Below are positions 1 to 11,512 of a DNA stretch of 64,000 nucleotides, one piece after another (position 1 is the stretch's first letter; the number at the start of each line of letters is the position of its first letter). The position numbers and the translations under genes were made by a program. Below the pieces are notes generated by a model. The model searched no databases. It was not told the DNA's origin and saw nothing but the letters and a program-made list of their open reading frames with translations. The stretch is from Octopus sinensis (taxonomy: Eukaryota). The stretch is from the NCBI RefSeq assembly GCF_006345805.1, contig NC_043022.1, positions 22,258,001 through 22,322,000 of the forward strand, read 5' to 3'.

Positions 1-1017
1 GCCGACCAAACCCTTGTGAGTGGATTTGGTAGATCCTGCGGTATAGATACACACGTGACTTTGTTTACATTTCTGAAGATAACAAAAACCCTTTTCTCCC
101 ACCCCTAACACAAACCCTAATCCTATCCCTAACCCCCCATATATAAAAAAAAAAGCACTTTCTTGAAATGTATCCCGTACTTATACCGAAGTTACGCCTG
201 TGCTAGAAAGAACATCCAAATTTCCTTTAAATCACAGACCTTTTCGTGTGAAAATATTTACAAAAATTCCATGTGCGTAGTGCAAAAAAGAAATTACCCA
301 CAGTCGGTCCGAAGGGGACTAAAGTGAAAAAAAAATTATAAACTTTCAAACATTTTTTTTCTGTTTTCATAAAATAGATACCACCCATCCTTTCGAAAGC
401 CGGGCAGAGAAAAAAAATGGGAAAATCCTCAGCAAAACAGAGAAAATTCAACTTATGTAGGTGTCTTGTACCGAAACTCCGCTGAATAAGTTATTCTTAC
501 ATGAAAAACTGGTAAAGGAGTGACAAGAAACTATTTTGATGATATATTCGTATAACCCATGCTAGCATGGGGGTAAAAAGAGAAAAAAAAAACCAAACGA
601 CGAACAAATATAAAGACGTGTGCGTCTGCTAACGTAGCGGGATGTTCTTTACATCAGGTTCTATTTATCAGTTTACACCGTGGAGTCTCATTGCTTGGCG
701 CCACATTCAATATTATGTTGTCAATACGGAATATAATTCGTGAGAGAAGGACGTTGAATTTGATGGTTAAGAGAGAGTTAACGTTGTTTCAAAGGGAGAT
801 GTTATTAAACAGTGGGAGTTGAAGTATATTTGTAAGTATGTCTTAGTTATTCTTTTAGTAGCAACATACATATATGTGCACGTTTTTTTAGCCTGCCAAC
901 CGTGATCGAGCAGACTTTGGTATTTATGTCTGTTTGTGGATCAATTGGAAGTTGAAATATCAACACTGTTCAGGGCAAAGTCCAGACAGAGGCACTCCCT
1001 CATTTCTTTTTTCTTTT

Positions 1018-1457
1018 GGGCGTAACTTCGGTATAAGTACCGGAAGTACCGGATACATTTCAAGAAAGTGGGTTTTTTATATATATATATGGGGGGTTAG
1101 GGTTAGGGTTGGGAGAAAAGGGTTTCTGTTATCTTCAGAAATGTAAACAAAGTCACGTGTGTACCTATACCGAAGGATCGCTTTTGGCGATCTTTCGGTA
1201 CGAGATACATAGCTGTCACGTGGGTTTATTTACATTTCTGAAGAAAAAGGAAACCGTTCCCCCACCCCTAACCCTACATATATATATATAAAAAAAAAGA
1301 AATTGGCGTAACTTCCAGAAGTACTGGATACATTTCAAGAAAGTGTTTTTTTTAAATATATATATGGGGGGTTAGGGGTGGGAGAAAAGGGTTTCTGTTA
1401 TCTTCAGAAAGGTAAACAAAGCCACTTCCGGTACCCTACGTATACCGAAGGGTCGCC
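1018..1457. mobile_element. Cluster of Merlin-like MITE fragments with CCCTAA motifs (related piece at about 35-198)
   Basis: GGCGATCTTTCG and GGCGTAACTTCG-type termini. Inverted copies of a shared internal segment. Confidence 0.55.
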
Positions 1458-1648
1458 AAGAAATTTTACGGAAAGTGACGATCTTCTTGACATGTAAACA
1501 AATACACGTGATATAAAGGGTACTCGTATCGAAAGAATGCCCTGTCTCTTTATACACATTGATATGTTTATCGAACACTTTATAATCGTAATGTATGCCG
1601 TGAAAAGTATTTTAATAAAATTTTAATAAAAATAAAAACACAATTTCC

Positions 1649-1975
1649 GGTGATCTTTCGTTTTAACTCGAAATAATGTAAACTTTGAATTGGGAAGAGA
1701 AAGCTAATGGGTTGTGCGTACGTGCTTGTTCCTCAGTGTGTGTGTGTGTGTGTGCGTGCGTGCGTATTCTTGTTTGTTTCTCTGTGTGTTATTTCTACAT
1801 TCCACAACATATAAATACAAAATACAAAAAAAAAAACAGAATAGACACACATACAGAAGAAAAAGCACGCACAACCCATTGGCTTTCTCTTCCCAACTGA
1901 CAATTGACAAGACGTGGTCGCGGAAATCACCGAATTCAATGTTTACATTATTTCGAGTTAAAACGAAAGATCGCC
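1649..1975. mobile_element. MITE with about 35-bp TIRs (GG(C/T)GATCTTTCGTTTTAACTCGAAATAATGTAAAC)
   Basis: Inverted terminal repeats are visible, with an internal inverted segment and (GT)n. Confidence 0.7.
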
Positions 1976-2782
1976 CAAGGGAGAAACTCGGATCTTGTAA
2001 ATTTTCCGAAGTCCTCTCCCCACTCCCTTGGAACAGATTTTCCCCATAAATTTCTTTATAATCGTCATGTATACCGTTTGAAAGGTATATCTATAAAATT
2101 TCGGTGAAAAAAAAACCCATTTTCCTAAACGTTATGAGGGAAAAACTCGGATCTCGTGAATTTTCCGAAGTCCTGTTCCCACCGTTATAACATTAGATAA
2201 CATTATACGTAATGATACCAGTGGTACCTGCCCCAGATATGGAAACAAAAACTGGAATAGGATACAAAGAACTTGTGACAAAGCAAACGGCGAACACGTG
2301 ATATAAAACCAACAAATATCAATGAGTGATATATTATTTTGCTTGGAAATAGGTAAAGGCTAGCAACAAGAAGAGCATGACAGAAGAAAATCTGCCTCTG
2401 TCCGATCCATGCAAGCATGGAGAAGTGGACCTTAAAATGATGATAAATTCTATATCACTTGTCCAATACACGTGGACATATTTACAAAGTCAGAAAACAG
2501 CACAGCTCCCATAACTTTAGGAAACATTTTTTCACGCTGAGAGTTGCATGGAACAAACTGTTGTTAGTTGTCGGAGCACTGCATCCTTCAAAACTTCCAT
2601 GCTTTCTGAGATTCGCCAACACTACACCTGATTTTCTCCCCTCCATACACACACAAGCTTGTATCTGACTCATACATTGTTCGCTTTCCAGACATTTGTA
2701 CATTACTGCATACACCTTATACGCACTTTCTGGCAAGTTGTGGTGCCCCTGAGCACTGTATACAATAATTTCATTATCTCTC

Positions 2783-3292
2783 TATATATAAACGGCAGTT
2801 TGTCTGTCTGTGTGTCTGTCAGGTTGTACCCTCACCCTGACCACGGCTTTCAACTGATTCTGATGAAACTTGACACACACATAGCCCAATGTCATAATTC
2901 AAAACTAACGTAGCGAAAAGTTTGAAAAGTTCCCCCAGTTCTGAAAAAAATCGATAAATTCGACATGGGGTCGAGAATCTAAGCTTTTTATTTGCAACAC
3001 ATTTTCTGTTGTAGTTTTCGCAACTTGCAATCGATTTTCACCAAACTCATTGTGAAGCTTAATGTTACCCTAAGAAACTTAATTCTGACGTTAGTTTTCC
3101 ATGCAATACCTTACCATCAGAAAAAATCGATAAAATCATGCCATTTTGGGAAATCGCGTTCAAATTCAAGATGATATATTTTCGACAATATCTTTCACAA
3201 ATTGGCAGGAATTTTTTTTAAATTCACAGCGAGCATCATGTCTGCTCCAGAGGCTCTTACATACCCGGGCAATGCCGGGCTATGCTGCTAGT
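2783..3292 (-). mobile_element. Helentron/DINE-1-like non-autonomous element (HINE)
   Basis: ACTAGCAGCATAGCCCGGCATTGCCCGGG start, GACA microsatellite and TATATATA end. Related to 28444 and 59004. Confidence 0.6.
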
Positions 3293-3392
3293 CGTTATTA
3301 TATCCTGCTTCATTCATTAATTCATTCATTCATTTTTCCATTCTATATTATAGAATAAACACTTCTTTTGGTTATTACTGTTACCTACAGTC

Positions 3393-3531
3393 ATGATTAA
3401 TTCTGAATCAGAAGATACGGACTTGGTATTTTATGATGAAAATCTCTGTGGATTGGACCCCTTGTTTCATGTACATTGCAAACTGTTCATTGTTGATGTC
3501 CTGAATCTTTCACCTTACCCAACACTTCCAG
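3393..3531 (+). CDS. STN1: STN1 (CST complex subunit, OBFC1) coding exon 1
   Basis: ATG at 3393, just after acceptor tacag. MINSESEDTDLVFYDENLCGLDPLFHVHCKLFIVDVLNL matches the STN1 N-terminal GLDPxF...KLxIxDxL motif. Donor G|gtaggt. Confidence 0.9.
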
Positions 3532-3549
3532 GTAGGTGATACACCCTAT

Positions 3550-3785
3550 ATTTGTTTCTTTACTACCCACAAGGGGCTAAACATAGAGGGGACAAACAAG
3601 GACAGACAAACGGATTAAGTCGATTACATTGAACCCAGTGCGTAACTGGTACTTAATTTATCGACCCCGAAAGGATGAAAGGCAAAGTCGACCTCAGTGG
3701 AGTTTGAACTCAGAACGTAACGGCAGACGAAATACGGCTACGCATTTCGCCCGGCGTGCTAACGGTTCTGCCAGCTCACCGCCTC
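3550..3785 (-). mobile_element. tRNA-derived SINE family B (GGCGGCGAGCTGGCAGAA head). Other copies at about 8475, 13700, 31400, 33305, 34300, 43485, 61725
   Basis: Recurrent ~230-bp sequence with A/B-box-like head and a CTTTGCCTTTCATCCTTTCGGGGTCGATAAA core. Confidence 0.85.
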
Positions 3786-4394
3786 AACACCCTATATTAC
3801 AACCATTTCACTCTTTGTTTTGTAACCAGCACTTCCAAGTGGGTGACATACCCTGATTCATTTCAATTCTTCACTTTATAGTTTTTGTTGGTAGTGTTGA
3901 TTAGATGCTAATCCAGCAGACCTATGATCAAAGACGTTCCAACCATGACATCTCTTTTAATCAGACATAATATATCCAGTGTATCCTTTTCTTAAGATGT
4001 GAAGTTTTAGTGATAAGTTAAGTTAAGTTAAGTTAATATTTTGACTCAAAAAGCAAAAGCAAGGCCATGTAGGGGTACATGGAGTTATGTACAGGGGGTG
4101 GGGTCATACAAAGAGTTCAGACCATTTCTGGTCAAGGAATACATAATCTAACCTGTCCTTTCCTAAGATATAAAGTATGATTTAAGGAAGTCTGATTGTT
4201 ATTTCTAGCAGTGATCCAATCACCTACTCTTTGTTAGAGGTAGTGTTAGCTGTGCTCAAAACCTGATGGAGAGGAATAGGGGATGGTGTGAATGAAAGGT
4301 TTGATAAACTAATTAACCTATAATACACTTTATGAAGCTGAAATCTTCACAAATGACCCCAATCACTCCATCTTTCTTTTACACATGTCACTCT

Positions 4395-4990
4395 GCTTTT
4401 AATTTAATTTTTATTGGCTCAAAAAACAAAAGCAAGGCCATGTAGGGGGACAGGGAGGGTGTTCATACAAAGAGTTCAGGCCATTTCTGGTCAAGAGAGA
4501 CTTTGAATTGAGCAGTCATCGGTATCTTCACTATCTCGTTCGGCAGCTTATTCCACGGATCCGCAACCCAGACGGAGAAAGCCCCCTCTCCTTCGATTGA
4601 GATGAAATCGTCGCAGATAGAGCTTTTCGGAGTGACCCCGCAGCCCACGCTCTGGAGCAGGAGTGAAGAACAGCTCTTTCAAGAGGTTACACTTTCCGCT
4701 TATGATGTTCTGAGCGAGAATGAGATCACCACGGCGTCATCGTTTTTCTAGAGAATAAAGGTCAAGCATCTTCAGCCTTTCTTCATAAGACAAATGCTTG
4801 AGAACAAGAACCATGCGGGTAGCCAGCTTCTGGACTCTTTCGAGATGATGTATGTCTTTGAGGAGATAAGTAGTAGAGGCTTGAATCCCGTACTCCAATA
4901 TGGGTCTCACCAGCGTAACATAGAGCGGTAGGAATATGGCTGCTGTGAGCATTCCGAATGACCGTCGATGTTTGTCTACTGTTTCTAGCA
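4395..4990 (-). mobile_element. 5'-truncated CR1-like LINE 3' end
   Basis: LVRPILEYG...LERVQKLATRM...SYEERLKMLDLYSLEKR and WNKLP motifs, with an AATTA-type tail. Confidence 0.85.
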
Positions 4991-5310
4991 GGTCGAGTAA
5001 CCCTGTTTAAGCCTCTCTTCTCACGCTATCCATTTATTTACTTTCCCCAGATGGAGTCTTTATGGCTTAACCTCAGCAATGGTTGCAAAACTATCTCTAA
5101 CGTGGCTCAGTCATATATTACAATTTAATCTCATTCCTTCCATGTCACTGCTCTCCATTCCAACAGTTCTGTCATAGTACTGCACTACTATGTAGTCCAC
5201 TCCCTCTCCTCCATTCCTACAGCCCTGTCATAGAACAGTACTATGTGGTCCTTGCCCTCTTCTATTTCACTTATTTTTACATCCTTCACATAGTACTTTG
5301 CTACTTTTCT

Positions 5311-5675
5311 GGATCTTTACCTTTTGACCGACAGATTTAGAAAATAATTTTTTGTAACTAAACACTTTCAAACTTCGGACACTGGTAGAATGTGTCATAT
5401 AAAACATCTTTTACTCTTAGTATTTTTGAGAAAAACTTATATTTACGAAGTACAACGGCAGTAATTTTATTCAGCTGAATACACGTCATTGATTGGTTGA
5501 AGTTACCGAAATATGAGAACTTTAAGGTGAAATTACTTTGTAAATATAAGTTTTTCTCAAAAATGCTAAGAGTAAAAGATGTTTTATATGACACATTCTA
5601 CCAGTGTCCGAAGTTGGAAAGTGTTTAGTTACAAAAAGTTATTTTTTAAATCCGTAGGTCAAAAGGTAAAGATCC
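5311..5675. mobile_element. Palindromic MITE (GGATCTTTAC termini, ~135-bp TIRs)
   Basis: Long inverted repeats visible at both ends. Confidence 0.8.
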
Positions 5676-5878
5676 CTATTTTAACTATTTTGTACCACAC
5701 TTCATGATGGCTAATTGAATGAATAGACAGGTAGTTAGATAGATGGTCTGACAGATTGTCAAGCAGAGAGTCACTGACAAACAGAGGCAGACACAGATGC
5801 AAACAAACAGAAATAGATGAACTGTTAAACAGATACTGAGGTACAATAAAATGACTGAAAAATATCTTTTATTTACAG

Positions 5879-5974
5879 GAGCTTATTGTTATAAAAACCA
5901 TCCTATATTCAAAGTTGATATCATGGGAATAATTGCAAGTTGCCAAGAAAAACAAAAAAACTTTATACTCGGAG
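5879..5974 (+). CDS. STN1: STN1 coding exon 2 (OB fold)
   Basis: tttacag|...|gtaaac. GAYCYKNHPIFKVDIMGII resembles human GVFLYNGHPIKQVDVLGTV. Phase 1-1. Confidence 0.92.
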
Positions 5975-6325
5975 GTAAACTATTTATTCTGTAATTATTT
6001 GACACTTCTTTGACTTTACTGTCAGACATAAAATATCTATTTTGGTCATATTCTGTCCTTGGGCCCAAATGCACTTGTGTCAGTGCTGCGTAAACGCACT
6101 CCTGCCTGTGCAGTTTGGATGCGTTCATGATGGTGGCATGAAAAATGTACCCAGCACACTCTAAAGTGGTTGGTGGTCAGAAGGGCATCCAGCAATAGAA
6201 ACTATGCCAAAACACAGCTAGAGTCTGGATAGCTCCCTGGTTGGCCAGTTCCGGTCAAACCGTCCACTCCATGCCAGTATGGAAAGCAGACATTAAACAA
6301 TGATGATAATGATTTATTATTTGGT

Positions 6326-6694
6326 ATTACTCTTTTATTTGTTTCAGTCATTTGACTGCAGCCATGCTCCAGCTTTTAGTCAAGCAAATCGACCCCAGGA
6401 CTTATTCTTTGTAAGCCTAGTACTTATTCTATCGGTCTCTTTTGCCAAACCACTAAGTTACAGGGACGTGAACACTCCAGCATCAGTTGTCAAGCGATGT
6501 TGGGGGGACAAACACTCACATATATACATATATAGGACGGGCTTCTTTCAGTTTCCGTCTACCAAATCTACTCACAAGGCTTTGGTTGGCCCGAGGTTAT
6601 AGTAGAAGACACTTGCCCAAGGTGCCACACAGTGGGACTGAACCCGGAACCATGTGGTTGGTAAGCAAGCTACTTACCACACAGCCACTCCTGC
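6326..6694 (-). mobile_element. tRNA-derived CORE-like SINE family A. Other copies at about 11641, 16285, 21934, 25790, 27201, 37349, 49686, 51830, 59390, 62737
   Basis: GGCGTAGGAGTGGCTGTGTGGTAAG head, GGCACCTTGGGCAAGTG CORE-like segment, internal (TA/TG)n and GTAAAAGA tail. Confidence 0.85.
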
Positions 6695-6988
6695 GAAATT
6701 TTTGTTGCACCAACTGCAATTTCTTTTTATTTAAACAAATGAGATGCAGTGGAATAGCATCAATGATCAGGTCACAGTTGATGCAACAACAATTTTAACA
6801 TCAAATAATAAAAGTAAATTAATAGTTATCGCCATACTAATATGGCAATCTTATAAATATAAGACTAAAGCTGTCGATGATTAGCTCCAAGAGGCCATCG
6901 CCTCAAGCTAGCTATTTGACACACAATCTGCGTCCATTATAGACTTTCGAACAGGGGAGGTCAGCCGCTTCATACTGCTAGTCAGACA

Positions 6989-7031
6989 GCTGCAGACACG
7001 TTTCAGGGTAGTTGCCCTTTATCAATGCAGC
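6989..7031 (-). ncRNA. Type I minimal hammerhead ribozyme motif with U3-A8 core variant
   Basis: Minus strand reads GCTGCA-TTGATAA-AGGG(CAACTA)CCCT-GAAAC-GT-GTC-TGCAGC: 6-bp stem I, 4-bp stem II, short stem III and a GUC cleavage triplet. Confidence 0.72.
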
Positions 7032-7344
7032 GTAGTCACACCCAGCAGGTGTCGCTACTGACTGTCCCTGTTCGAAGAATCTATTTACCTAGTTTTAGTG
7101 GAATACATCCACTTGTTTTCAATAATAGAAATATTAAAATTACTAAGACTTAGTAATTTTAATAATTTCTATTAATAAAAGTAAAGTTAACAGTCTATAT
7201 GTGTTTTTGAATGGCTAAGTTACAGGAACGTAAACACTCCACGCTATTTGTTTTAGTTTCAACATACTGTCTCAGATTAAATTACTTGCTTGGGAAGTAC
7301 ACCTCTGCAATTTATTTGTATTTTTGTTTAAACATTTAATATAG

Positions 7345-7404
7345 TTGATGATGGTACTGGTATAATATCTTGCTGTGTTTGGAAGGAAAAAGTGGAAACT
7401 GGAG
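7345..7404 (+). CDS. STN1: STN1 coding exon 3
   Basis: aatatag|...|gtaagt. VDDGTGIISCCVWK resembles VDDSTGVINCICWK. Phase 1-1. Confidence 0.92.
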
Positions 7405-7894
7405 GTAAGTTGGTTTGTTTGCAACTTTGATTTTAACATTTTTAGCAGTTACAGCTCCTATATGTAGGTCTGCCTCTGTTTCTGGCTAACTGAGATATAG
7501 TTAACTGTTGCCCTTGTTTAGGCTTTTAGGCTTGGGTCAGCCCTGATCAAGCAGACATAGGGAAATAAGATATTCCAGCCATGAACGTCCTGTTTTTGTT
7601 TTTTTTTCCTGTGTGTAAGGAACCCAGGAACACATAATCTAACCTATCCTTTCCTAAGATATAAGGTATGATTTAAGGAAGTTTGGTTGTTATTTCTAGC
7701 AGTGATCCAATTACCTACTCTTTGTTAGTGGTAGTGTTAGCTGAGCTTAAAACCTGATGGAGAGGAATAGTGGATGGTGTGAATGAAAGGTTTGATAAAC
7801 TAATTAACCCATAATACACTTTATGAAGCTGAAATCTTCACAAATGACTCCAATCACTCCATCTTTCTTTTACACATGTCACTCTGCTTTTAAT

Positions 7895-8285
7895 TTAATT
7901 TTTATTGGCTCAAAAAACAAAAGCAAGGCCATGTAGGGGGACAGGGAGGGTGTTCATGCAAAGAGTTCAGGCCATTTCTGGTCAAGAGAGACTTTGAATT
8001 GAGCGGTCGTCGGCATCTTCACTATCTCATCCGGCAGCTTATTCCACAGATCTGCAACCCGGACGGAGAAAGCCCCTCTCCTTCGATTGAGATGAAATCG
8101 TCGTAGATAGAGCTTTTCTGAGTGACCCCGCAGCCCACGCTCTGGAGCAGGAGTGAAGAACAGCTCTTTCAAGAGGTTACGCTTTCCGCTTATGATGTTG
8201 TGAGCGAGAATGAGATCACCACGGCGTCGTTGTTTTTCGAGAGAATAAAGGTCAAGCATCTTCAGCCTTTCTTCATAAGACAAAT
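7895..8285 (-). mobile_element. CR1-like LINE 3' end (second copy, sharing its flank with the 4395 copy)
   Basis: ORF 7954..8283 encodes the CR1 C-terminus. Confidence 0.85.
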
Positions 8286-8786
8286 GCTTTAGTTAACACT
8301 CTTGTTACACAACACTAAATACTTGGCTATAAATCATTTAAACTCTAACCTTACTAAAGTATAACTTGAGAGAGACATTTGGGAGACTTAGTTTTGTCTC
8401 TTGTACAATCCAGTGTGAAGTTCAGCAATATGTTCAGCACTACAGGGTGGTGTATTGGCAGAATTTCTAGAAGGTGGCGAGCTGGCAGAGACGTTAACAC
8501 GCCGGGCAATATGCTTAGTGGTATTTTGCCTGCCGCTACGTTCTGAGTTCAAATTCCGCCGAGGTCAACTTTGCCTTTCATCCTTTCGGGATCGATTAAA
8601 TAAGTACCAGTTACGCACTGGGGTTCGATATAATCGACTTCATCTGTTTGTTTGTCCCATCTGTGTTTAGCCCCTTGTGGGCAATAAAGAAATAAGAATT
8701 TCTAAAGCATTAGATGAACTGCCTTCCTGGGTTTGAACTCTGGATGCTACCATATCAAGTAAACAAGGTTTATCTTATATTTTCAG

Positions 8787-8933
8787 ACAATGACTTCAGG
8801 AGTTTTCTTCCAGAAAGTTTACGCTTGAAAACACATACGTTGCATCCAGAGTTTAGTCTTGGAGAAATGGTTCACATTCGAGGAAAAATAAAGTCTTACA
8901 AAGGTGTCAATGAAATAATGATAAACTACATCA
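8787..8933 (+). CDS. STN1: STN1 coding exon 4
   Basis: tttcag acceptor. LGEMVHIRGKIKSYKGVNEI resembles IGDTIRVRGSIRTYREEREI. Ends at a GTATCCTTT donor. Confidence 0.92.
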
Positions 8934-10026
8934 GTATCCTTTTTCAAAAGTCTTTCAATTTTCTTCTTTTACTGTTTGCGGATCTTTTCAGTTTGAACGG
9001 CAGTTTTTTTTTATAACTTCCACGTAACTAAAAGATTTTAAACTTTGTATACTGGTAGAATGTGTTTATAAAACATTTTTTTCTCTTGGCTCTATTGAGA
9101 AAATTCTATAGTTTGTAAGATATTTGCTGGGTTTTTTTTCAATTTCTGCAATTTCAACCAATCGGTGACGTCCATTGATTTAAAAAACATTCTGTGCCGT
9201 ATGAATATGTCCCTTGTTTAAGAAACAGATTGGGTTTATTTACATCTGTGAAGAGAAAAAGATACCCTTCCCCCCACCCCTAACCCTAAAACAGACTGAA
9301 ATGCAATAGATCGATACTAGGGTCATAATTATGGGTGACAATTTCATATGACACCGCTAGAAAAAACTGCCGTTCAAACCGAAGAGATCCGTGTTTGCAG
9401 TCATTCAGATTTTTTTTTTTTTTTAGTATTGATCTCCTCTTCACTACATATTTAGTTTGGTAATTACTGAATGGATAAATTACTCGTTAATAGAGAAGAG
9501 ACACAATTTGATGCACTGGTCTATTCTAACACAAGCATACACACACACATTTGTCTATCTGCCTAATGGATACTGGAGGAAAAGCAGAGTACATTGATGT
9601 TAATGCAGAAAAAGAGTACATGGAGATTAGGGCATGAGAGGTAAGTTACATTAACATTGGGGGCAGGTGCATAGGGTATGATGTAAGGAGTGGCCAGTTT
9701 AGGTAGACTGACTTTAGTGGGTGTTGCGGTACATGGATATTAGTTGGGTATTACAATACTGGGAGATTATTGGGAAAGTAAAGTACAGGTACATTAGGTG
9801 TAGGTTTACAGGGTATATATGGAGGTGGACAGTTATGTTACACTGGTGGGGTACTAAGTACATAGACATGAAGGGTGAATTAGATGTGTATTAGGAGGAA
9901 AGTAAGAGACTTAGACATTAGGGGTCAGTTTGGGCAAAAGAGTGTGCTAGGTTATAGTTTCTTCTGTATCATGTTACATTTAGTTTTGAAAAACTGAAGC
10001 AAGTTCCTTAACTCTTGTCCCACCAG
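8934..10026 (+). other. U12-type (minor spliceosome) GT-AG intron in STN1
   Basis: 5' splice site GTATCCTTT. Branch consensus TTCCTTAAC at 10004-10012, ending 14 nt before the end of the CAG at 10026. Splicing keeps the frame. Confidence 0.85.
8980..9390. mobile_element. Merlin-like MITE inside the U12 intron. Family copies at 35630-36070 and 41728-42142
   Basis: GGATCTTTTC...GAGATCC TIRs. 8-bp TSD ctgtttgc/gtgtttgc. The 35630 copy has ataaacaa/ataaataa. Confidence 0.8.
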
Positions 10027-10178
10027 CACCAGTATCCAGTGTTTCTGCTGAACTCACTCATATGTTACAGAGTCCATATTTGTACAAGACTGTCTACGAC
10101 CAAACATTAGTATTGGCATCTGAAGTTCAGAAGTTGCAGCTGGAAGCAAATGAGATAAGAACCGGATTGAAACCATTG
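10027..10178 (+). CDS. STN1: STN1 coding exon 5
   Basis: PVSSVSAELTHMLQSPYLYKTVYD resembles PVWNIQIARMLELPTIYRKVYD. Donor TTG|gtaacc. Confidence 0.88.
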
Positions 10179-10411
10179 GTAACCATTTAGATGTTATTTA
10201 TGTGTAGAATGACTTCTGCACAAACTGGAATGGTTTAGAACTGTGTTACCCAAAGTGGGTGATACTGACCCCCTGGGGAGTCGGGTGGTAAGATCCTGCA
10301 GGGTGTTGAAGAAAATTGGAGTGATGGATGGCAATGCCCCACTTCTATTTTTCAATGGTACACTCAAGTTTTGAAATATTGTGTAAAAATCAATCTGAAA
10401 GAAGTTGCCCT

Positions 10412-11190
10412 TCCTAACGCCAACCACTCCGAGAGTGTAGTGGGTGCTTTTATGTGCCACCGGCACGAGGGCCAGTTAGGCGGTACTGGCAACAGCCACG
10501 CTCAAATGGTGCATTTTATGTGCCACCTGCACAGGAGCCAGTCTAGCGGCTCTGGCAACGCCCTCGCTTGAATGTTTTTTCATGTGCCTCCAGCACAAGT
10601 GCCAATAAGGCAATGCAGGTAACAATCACACTCGAAAGGTGCTTTTTATGTGCCACTGGTACGGAAGCCAGTTTGTTGCTCTGGCAACGATCACGCTCGG
10701 ATGGTACTCTTAGTGCTCCACTAGCACGGATGCCAGTCATCGAATTTGGTTTCAATTTCGATTTCACTTGCCTCAACAGGTCTTCACAAGCAAAGTTTAG
10801 TGACCAATGAAGGAAAGGTACGCATTATATAAGTGGGCTGGTTACACCCCTGGCATAGGCCACGAAGTTATGGTCTCACTTGGCTTGACGAGTATTCTCA
10901 AGCACAGCATATTTCCAAAGGTCCCGGTCACTAGTCATTGCCTCGGTGAGGCCTAATATTCGAGGGTCATGCTTCACAACCTTATCCCAGGTCTTCCTGG
11001 GTCTACATCTTCCACAGATTCCCTCAACCACTAGAGCGTGGCACTTTTTCACACAGCTATCCACATCCATTCTCGCCACATGGCCATACCAGTGCAGTCG
11101 TTTCTCTTGCACACCACATTTGATGCTTCTTAGGTCCAACTTTTCTCTCAGGGTACTTACACTCTGTCGAGTATGCACACTGACATAGTT
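10412..11190 (-). mobile_element. RTE-clade LINE 3' end with long repeat-containing 3' UTR
   Basis: RLHWYGHVARM...GRCRPRKTW is an RTE C-terminus. The UTR matches short (GAT)n-tailed copies at about 6130, 21495, 38085, 39737, 54085, 57650, 63455. Confidence 0.75.
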
Positions 11191-11404
11191 TATCTAGAAC
11201 TACATTATCTAATGTGTCGGTCCCCATTTTCATGGTAAAGTGTTATTTGAAGGATATTTTACTGTTATTTTTAGCCGGGCAGGAGGCTATATTAGAGTCT
11301 CTAGTGTTGGTTCACCAGAAACAATGGAACAAATTGATTACCATCACACATCAAAATAGAAACTCCTTTATTATGTATTGTGTTAAGTGTTGTTGTTATT
11401 CCAG

Positions 11405-11512
11405 GAGAATGTTATGAGAGAACTACTGGCCAAGATAACAGTGTTTAATATTGAAACTATCAAAGAACATGACATTATGCACAGAATCCAAGATAGTCTT
11501 GGTGTTCATGAG
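11405..11512 (+). CDS. STN1: STN1 coding exon 6 (winged-helix region)
   Basis: ttccag|GAG...GAG|gtatgc. 36 open codons, phase 0-0, consistent with neighbouring exons. Confidence 0.8.

Noticed and set aside
600-831. Possible STN1 5' UTR exon ending at a gtaagt donor
   Set aside because: Plausible, but it cannot be supported without transcript data.
6300-6798. Recurrent short ORFs such as MPKVPRSGTEPGTMWLV and MRNWYLIYRPRKDERQ
   Set aside because: These are incidental frames within SINE copies.
8980-9390. Functional link between telomere-repeat MITEs and the telomere gene STN1
   Set aside because: The same MITEs occur in the neighbouring gene and in intergenic DNA, so co-location is probably coincidental.
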